NCBI GenBank assembly: GCA_042090305.1
Contig: JBELJQ010000001.1
Location: 6,959 to 70,958, forward strand
Length of the DNA: 64,000 nucleotides
Source: Pelagibacteraceae bacterium
Lineage (GTDB): Bacteria > Pseudomonadota > Alphaproteobacteria > Methylaequorales > Methylaequoraceae
Reading direction: 5' to 3'
Below, in pieces: positions 59,782 to 64,000 of this stretch. The position numbers and the translations under genes were made by a program. Below the pieces are notes generated by a model, which made no database searches, had not been told where the DNA came from, and saw only the letters and a program-made list of their open reading frames with translations. Within the stretch, counting starts at the first letter, position 1. Every line of letters begins with the position of its first letter.

Positions 59782-60412
59782 CGCACATATATCCACCATT
59801 AACGAAATCTTCTGTAACTCTAATACAATTATTTTGAATTCCAAAGAGTTCCATTTCCTCATCCTTTGAGATCGGTTGTGGGGCACTTATTCGTGGGTTA
59901 TTATTTTGAAATCTTTGAGGTTGTTCTACATACGGGTTAGGTGCCATAGGATAACTTAAATTATTGTTATATGAATATGGTGCAACCTGTTGTTGATCTG
60001 TTGAATATTGCGGAAAAGGTGGAGGCGGTGGAGCAGGCATTGGAGTGCCATTAGGTCCAACATAATAATACTGTCTTTGACTTCTATAGATAGGATTGAA
60101 GTATGGTGCTGGTGCTGGTTGAGCAAAGTTCTGAGGCTGCTCATTATTAAAAGTATCTTGATTTTGATCAAAGTAATCTTGGTCAGGCAGAGCGAAATCT
60201 GGGACTTCAACAGCTTCTTCAATTATTACAGCGTCTGATTGTTCCGGTTCCTCTTCATCCTCCCAAAAGTTCACAGAATCGTAAAGGTAATCTCCTGCGC
60301 TTGTTACAGAATCAGAAATTGAATCCCATGTTGAATCTATAGAGCTACAAGATGTGATAGCAAGGCACAATGCAAAGATTTTCAGGTTTAGTAATTTTTT
60401 CGATAAATTCAT
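59768..60412 (-). CDS. lipoprotein, Pro/Gln/Asn-rich
   Basis: MNLSKKLLNLKIFALCLAITSC lipobox (ITSC); acidic N-terminal stretch; PAPPPPPFPQY proline-rich core; C-terminal Cys pair. Confidence 0.6.
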   Translation of the reverse strand: MNLSKKLLNLKIFALCLAITSCSSIDSTWDSISDSVTSAGDYLYDSVNFWEDEEEPEQSDAVIIEEAVEVPDFALPDQDYFDQNQDTFNNEQPQNFAQPAPAPYFNPIYRSQRQYYYVGPNGTPMPAPPPPPFPQYSTDQQQVAPYSYNNNLSYPMAPNPYVEQPQRFQNNNPRISAPQPISKDEEMELFGIQNNCIRVTEDFVNGGYMCDDFE

Positions 60413-60529
60413 TAATTATACTATATATAGTGTCTAATTGAATTAAAATAATAACATTTTGTTATTATAATGTTTATACATAACATTACTTTTTCGTTTT
60501 GAAAAGAAGATAATAACAAAAAAACTAAC

Positions 60530-60994
60530 TTAATTTTTTGAGCTCTTAACCATTGATACAACAAATAAAACTGCGCCAGTAGATATAAATAAATCAGCAA
60601 AGTTAAATGCTGGCCAATGATAGTTTTGAAAATGAAAATCTATAAAGTCTATTACATACTGGTGGTATATTCTATCAAAGCCATTCCCTAAAGCCCCGGA
60701 CAGAATCATTGATAGACTAATGATTTCGATTTGATTTTCTGATTTATAAATTAGATATAAAATATAAGTGGAAATGATAATTGACAAAATACCAAAATAA
60801 AATGATTTATCATGCTCTGCGAAGAAACCAAAACTAACACCCCTGTTTTCAACATAAACCAAATTTAAAAAATCAAACAAATAAATTCCATCTTTGAGTA
60901 AATTATAGTTCATTACAGCTATATTTTTGGTTATTTGATCTAATAACAAACAAATTAATAAAATCGATAAAGTGATGATAGATTTTTTAGTCAT
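60530..60994 (-). CDS. lspA: lipoprotein signal peptidase (signal peptidase II)
   Basis: 4 TM helices; NRGVSFGFF and FNFADLFI catalytic Asp motifs. Confidence 0.9.
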   Translation of the reverse strand: MTKKSIITLSILLICLLLDQITKNIAVMNYNLLKDGIYLFDFLNLVYVENRGVSFGFFAEHDKSFYFGILSIIISTYILYLIYKSENQIEIISLSMILSGALGNGFDRIYHQYVIDFIDFHFQNYHWPAFNFADLFISTGAVLFVVSMVKSSKN

Positions 60995-63767
60995 TTAATA
61001 CTGATTCACACCTTTTGCAAAGGTACGATTTAATATCTTGTTCTTCAAGATACCTCCAGCATCTTGGACATTTATTAGCTCTAGATTTATTCACTTTAAT
61101 TTGAACTTCATTACTACTCTCCATGGATTCAAATTTTTCATCTACTTCATCAACAAAATGAACATGGCTAGAGATTAATATTTCACTGAGATCAACTTTA
61201 TTTTTAATGGTTATAAATTCATTTTTTAGACAAATAAAGACCTCAGCTTCTAAACTACTTTTTATTTCACCATTATTTCTTTTATTTTCTACTATAGATG
61301 AAAATAAATCTTTAATAATTAATATCTTATTCCAAAGCAAATCTATTTCGTTATTTTTCCACACAGAGGGTAAATCAAGTGATTTTAAAAGGTGACAACT
61401 TTCTTCAGCCTCTTCATCAATTTCCTCTCTCCAACTTTGCCAAGCCTCTTCCGCTGTAAATGGTATAATAGGTGAAATCCACCTAATGAGACAATTAAAC
61501 GTGTGCCAAAGAACAGTTTTTGAGCATTTAACCTTTAATGATTCGGGACTATCGCAATAAAGAGAATCTTTCCTAATGTCAAAAAATATTGCAGATAGCT
61601 CTTGAGAACAAAAACCAACTATTATCTGAAAGACTCTATTAAAGTTAAAATTTTTATATAGTTTTTCAATCTCTTCATTTTTACTAAAAAGTTTATTTAA
61701 AATTAATTTATCTAGATTATCGAAACTTTTATAATGTTCATTTTTCTTTTTAAAGTTTTTCATGTTTCCAAGAATAAACCTTAGTGTATTTCTTATTTTT
61801 CTATAACTTTCAGATTGTCTTTCCAGATTCTCAAAGCTTATTTTAATGTCTTCATTAAAGTTTGAATTTGCTACCCAAATTCTTAAAATATCTGCACCAT
61901 ATTTTTTGATTACATCATCTGGAGAGATAACGTTCCCTAATGATTTTGACATTTTTTTTCCTTTTTCATCAATAACAAACCCATGAGTTAAGACAGCTTT
62001 ATATGGACTTTCTCCATAATTTGCACAACTTTCAAGTAATGAAGTTTGAAACCATCCTCTATGTTGATCAGTTCCCTCAACATATAAATCTGCTTTTGAT
62101 GAAATATTATTATCTTTTAATACATACACATGGCTTGATCCTGAATCAAACCAAACATCAAGTATAGAATTCACCTTCTCGTAATCTGAAGGAACATAAT
62201 CATTGGGTAAAAAATAACTGTTTGGTTTGGTAAACCAACACTCGATACCCTCTTTTTCAATAATATTTATAATTTTATCATTTACTTTTTTATCAATAAG
62301 GGGTGACCCAGAGTTTTTATTTATAAATATTGTAATAGGCACCCCCCAAAACCTTTGTCTGGAAATACACCAATCAGGTCTTTCTTTTACCATTGAGTAA
62401 ATTCTATTTTTACTTCCATCAGGTATCCATTTAACTTTATCTATTTCAGACAATGCCTTTCTTCTTAGCCCTTTACTTTCCATTGATATAAACCACTGAG
62501 AAGTTGCTCTATAAATCAATGGAGCTTTCGATCTCCATGAGTGAGGATAACTGTGGTTATAGTCGCTTTCACTTAAAAGATTGTTATAATCTTTAAGCTT
62601 TTGGACTACTAGTTCATCGGCTTTGAATATATGAGTTTTATTAAAAAAATTTATATTTTTGGTGTAAATTCCATTTTCATCAACGGTTGGTATATTTTTA
62701 AGTTCAAATGTTTTTCCTACCTCGAAGTCTTCTAACCCGTGGTTTGGGGCTATATGGACAAATCCAGTTCCAGCTTCATCTGTTACATGACTACTTGGAA
62801 AAATTTTTATTTTAAATTCGAAACCTATAGCGGCTAATGGATGTTCACAATTAAAACTTAGAATTTCATCATACTTGACGTCTCTGATAATTTTTGAATT
62901 TTGAATGTTATTCTTTTTCAAAAAATCACCAACTAAACTCTTACATATAATTACTGCTTCTTCTTTCTCAAATTTCGAATCACTATTATTTTGAGAAATT
63001 GATAATTCTACATAATCCAACTTCTCTGAAAATGCTATTGCTCTATTACATGGAATTGTCCAAGGTGTTGTTGTCCAAATAACAATAGATTTTGACTCTT
63101 TTGAGTTAATAATTGGAAATTTTACATAAATTGCTTTTGATATTTTTTCTTTATACTCTATTTCAGCTTCTGCTAACGCGGTCTGCTCTACTACAGACCA
63201 CATCACCGGCTTAAAACCTAAATATAACTGTCCTGTTTCTAAAAACTTTAATAATTCTTTAACAATTGAAATCTCTGCAGATTTATTCATTGTTTTATAA
63301 ATTTCATTCCAGTCGATATGAATTCCAAATCTAGAAAACTGTTCTTTTTGAATACCAACCCATTTATCTGCAAACTTTCTACACTCAGTCCTAAAATTTA
63401 CTACATTTACATTGGTTTTATCTTTTCCAGCTTTCCTAAATTTTTCTTCTACCTTCCATTCGATAGGGAGCCCATGACAATCCCACCCTGGAACATAGTG
63501 AACGTTATATTTGTATTGGAATCTGACTCTACATATAATGTCCTTTAGTATTTTATTTAAAGCATGACCAAGATGAAGATCACCATTTGCATAGGGCGGG
63601 CCATCATGAAGAACATATTTAGGAAATTCTGTACTTTGATTTTTTAATTTATCAAATATTTTTTTTTCATCCCAAAACTTCATCCATACAGTTTCCTTTT
63701 GCGATAAATTAGCCTTCATAGAAAATTTGGTTGATGGTAAGTTAATTGTGGAGGAATAGTCTGTCAT
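60987..63767 (-). CDS. ileS: isoleucine--tRNA ligase
   Basis: Conserved N-terminus MTDYSSTINLPSTKFSMKANL, HIGH box PYANGDLHLGHALNK, KMSKS, and a C-terminal zinc knuckle CPRCW...CKRC. Confidence 0.97.
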   Translation of the reverse strand: MTDYSSTINLPSTKFSMKANLSQKETVWMKFWDEKKIFDKLKNQSTEFPKYVLHDGPPYANGDLHLGHALNKILKDIICRVRFQYKYNVHYVPGWDCHGLPIEWKVEEKFRKAGKDKTNVNVVNFRTECRKFADKWVGIQKEQFSRFGIHIDWNEIYKTMNKSAEISIVKELLKFLETGQLYLGFKPVMWSVVEQTALAEAEIEYKEKISKAIYVKFPIINSKESKSIVIWTTTPWTIPCNRAIAFSEKLDYVELSISQNNSDSKFEKEEAVIICKSLVGDFLKKNNIQNSKIIRDVKYDEILSFNCEHPLAAIGFEFKIKIFPSSHVTDEAGTGFVHIAPNHGLEDFEVGKTFELKNIPTVDENGIYTKNINFFNKTHIFKADELVVQKLKDYNNLLSESDYNHSYPHSWRSKAPLIYRATSQWFISMESKGLRRKALSEIDKVKWIPDGSKNRIYSMVKERPDWCISRQRFWGVPITIFINKNSGSPLIDKKVNDKIINIIEKEGIECWFTKPNSYFLPNDYVPSDYEKVNSILDVWFDSGSSHVYVLKDNNISSKADLYVEGTDQHRGWFQTSLLESCANYGESPYKAVLTHGFVIDEKGKKMSKSLGNVISPDDVIKKYGADILRIWVANSNFNEDIKISFENLERQSESYRKIRNTLRFILGNMKNFKKKNEHYKSFDNLDKLILNKLFSKNEEIEKLYKNFNFNRVFQIIVGFCSQELSAIFFDIRKDSLYCDSPESLKVKCSKTVLWHTFNCLIRWISPIIPFTAEEAWQSWREEIDEEAEESCHLLKSLDLPSVWKNNEIDLLWNKILIIKDLFSSIVENKRNNGEIKSSLEAEVFICLKNEFITIKNKVDLSEILISSHVHFVDEVDEKFESMESSNEVQIKVNKSRANKCPRCWRYLEEQDIKSYLCKRCESVLND

Positions 63768-64000
63768 TTTTTGCTTGTTTTATGTCTTTTATAATCTGAT
63801 CTCTTAATTTCTCAAGAGATTCGAATTTTTTTTCACTTCTAATAAAGTTTAGAAATTCTACTTTAACTCTATAATTATAAATCTCTTTATCAAAATCAAA
63901 AATATGTACTTCAAGTAAGGGAATTTTGTCTTCTACCGTTGGCTTCACACCGTAATTCGCTATTCCAAAAAATGTTTTTTTTGATAATTTAGGAATTTCG
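63742..64000 (-). CDS. ribF: bifunctional riboflavin kinase/FMN adenylyltransferase, C-terminal fragment; the gene continues past the window end
   Basis: Frame is open to the window edge. ...FFGIANYGVKPTVEDKIPLLEVHIFDFDKEIYNYRVKVEFLNFIRSEKKF matches the riboflavin-kinase domain. Overlaps the ileS start by 26 nt. Confidence 0.8.
   Translation of the reverse strand, partial: EIPKLSKKTFFGIANYGVKPTVEDKIPLLEVHIFDFDKEIYNYRVKVEFLNFIRSEKKFESLEKLRDQIIKDIKQAKNDRLFLHN

Noticed and set aside
59182-60412. The two lipoprotein ORFs as one gene broken by a frameshift (pseudogene)
   Set aside because: The downstream ORF has its own complete signal peptide and lipobox directly after the overlap. Two tandem genes is the simpler reading.
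1-64000. CRISPR arrays, rRNA genes, IS elements, prophage genes
   Set aside because: None are visible. There are no regularly spaced direct repeats, no transposase, integrase or terminase-like ORFs, and no rRNA-like GC-rich structured stretches.

Overview
The window is a densely packed, very AT-rich (about 29% GC) alphaproteobacterial chromosome segment. Its style and synteny are consistent with a SAR11/Pelagibacterales-like streamlined genome: intergenic spacers of 0-120 nt, many ATGA/4-nt gene overlaps, lysine-rich proteins, and the conserved alphaproteobacterial blocks mutY-DUF721-dsbA-smc, atpI-B-E-F'-F and ctaC-D-B-G-E-surf1-thrC. I can support about 69 protein-coding genes (two of them partial at the window edges) and one tRNA-Gln(UUG). 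There are no rRNA genes, CRISPR arrays, transposases or integrases. Most of the window is core housekeeping: respiration (cytochrome c oxidase, ATP synthase F0), lipid A/Kdo (msbA, kdtA, lpxK), DNA repair (mutY, mutL, udg, xseA), translation (ileS, rsmD/E, tadA) and redox (dsbD, prx, gshA). The least ordinary part is the first ~7.3 kb. It runs from the 3' side of tRNA-Gln to a sigma-54-promoted amtB, and it holds an ABC-F ATPase, a DASS anion transporter, a tightly coupled GT4 glycosyltransferase / PIG-L deacetylase / flippase-like module, and a 237-aa orphan protein. The GT4/PIG-L/flippase module has the logic of a GlcNAc-transfer then de-N-acetylation pathway. Other points worth a look are an unannotated 30-aa membrane micro-ORF inside the cta operon, a tandem pair of Pro/Gln/Tyr-rich lipoproteins downstream of lspA, and a mutY-PepSY-response regulator-histidine kinase operon. 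Several ORF-track N-termini are over-extended and have been trimmed; one of them runs through the tRNA.
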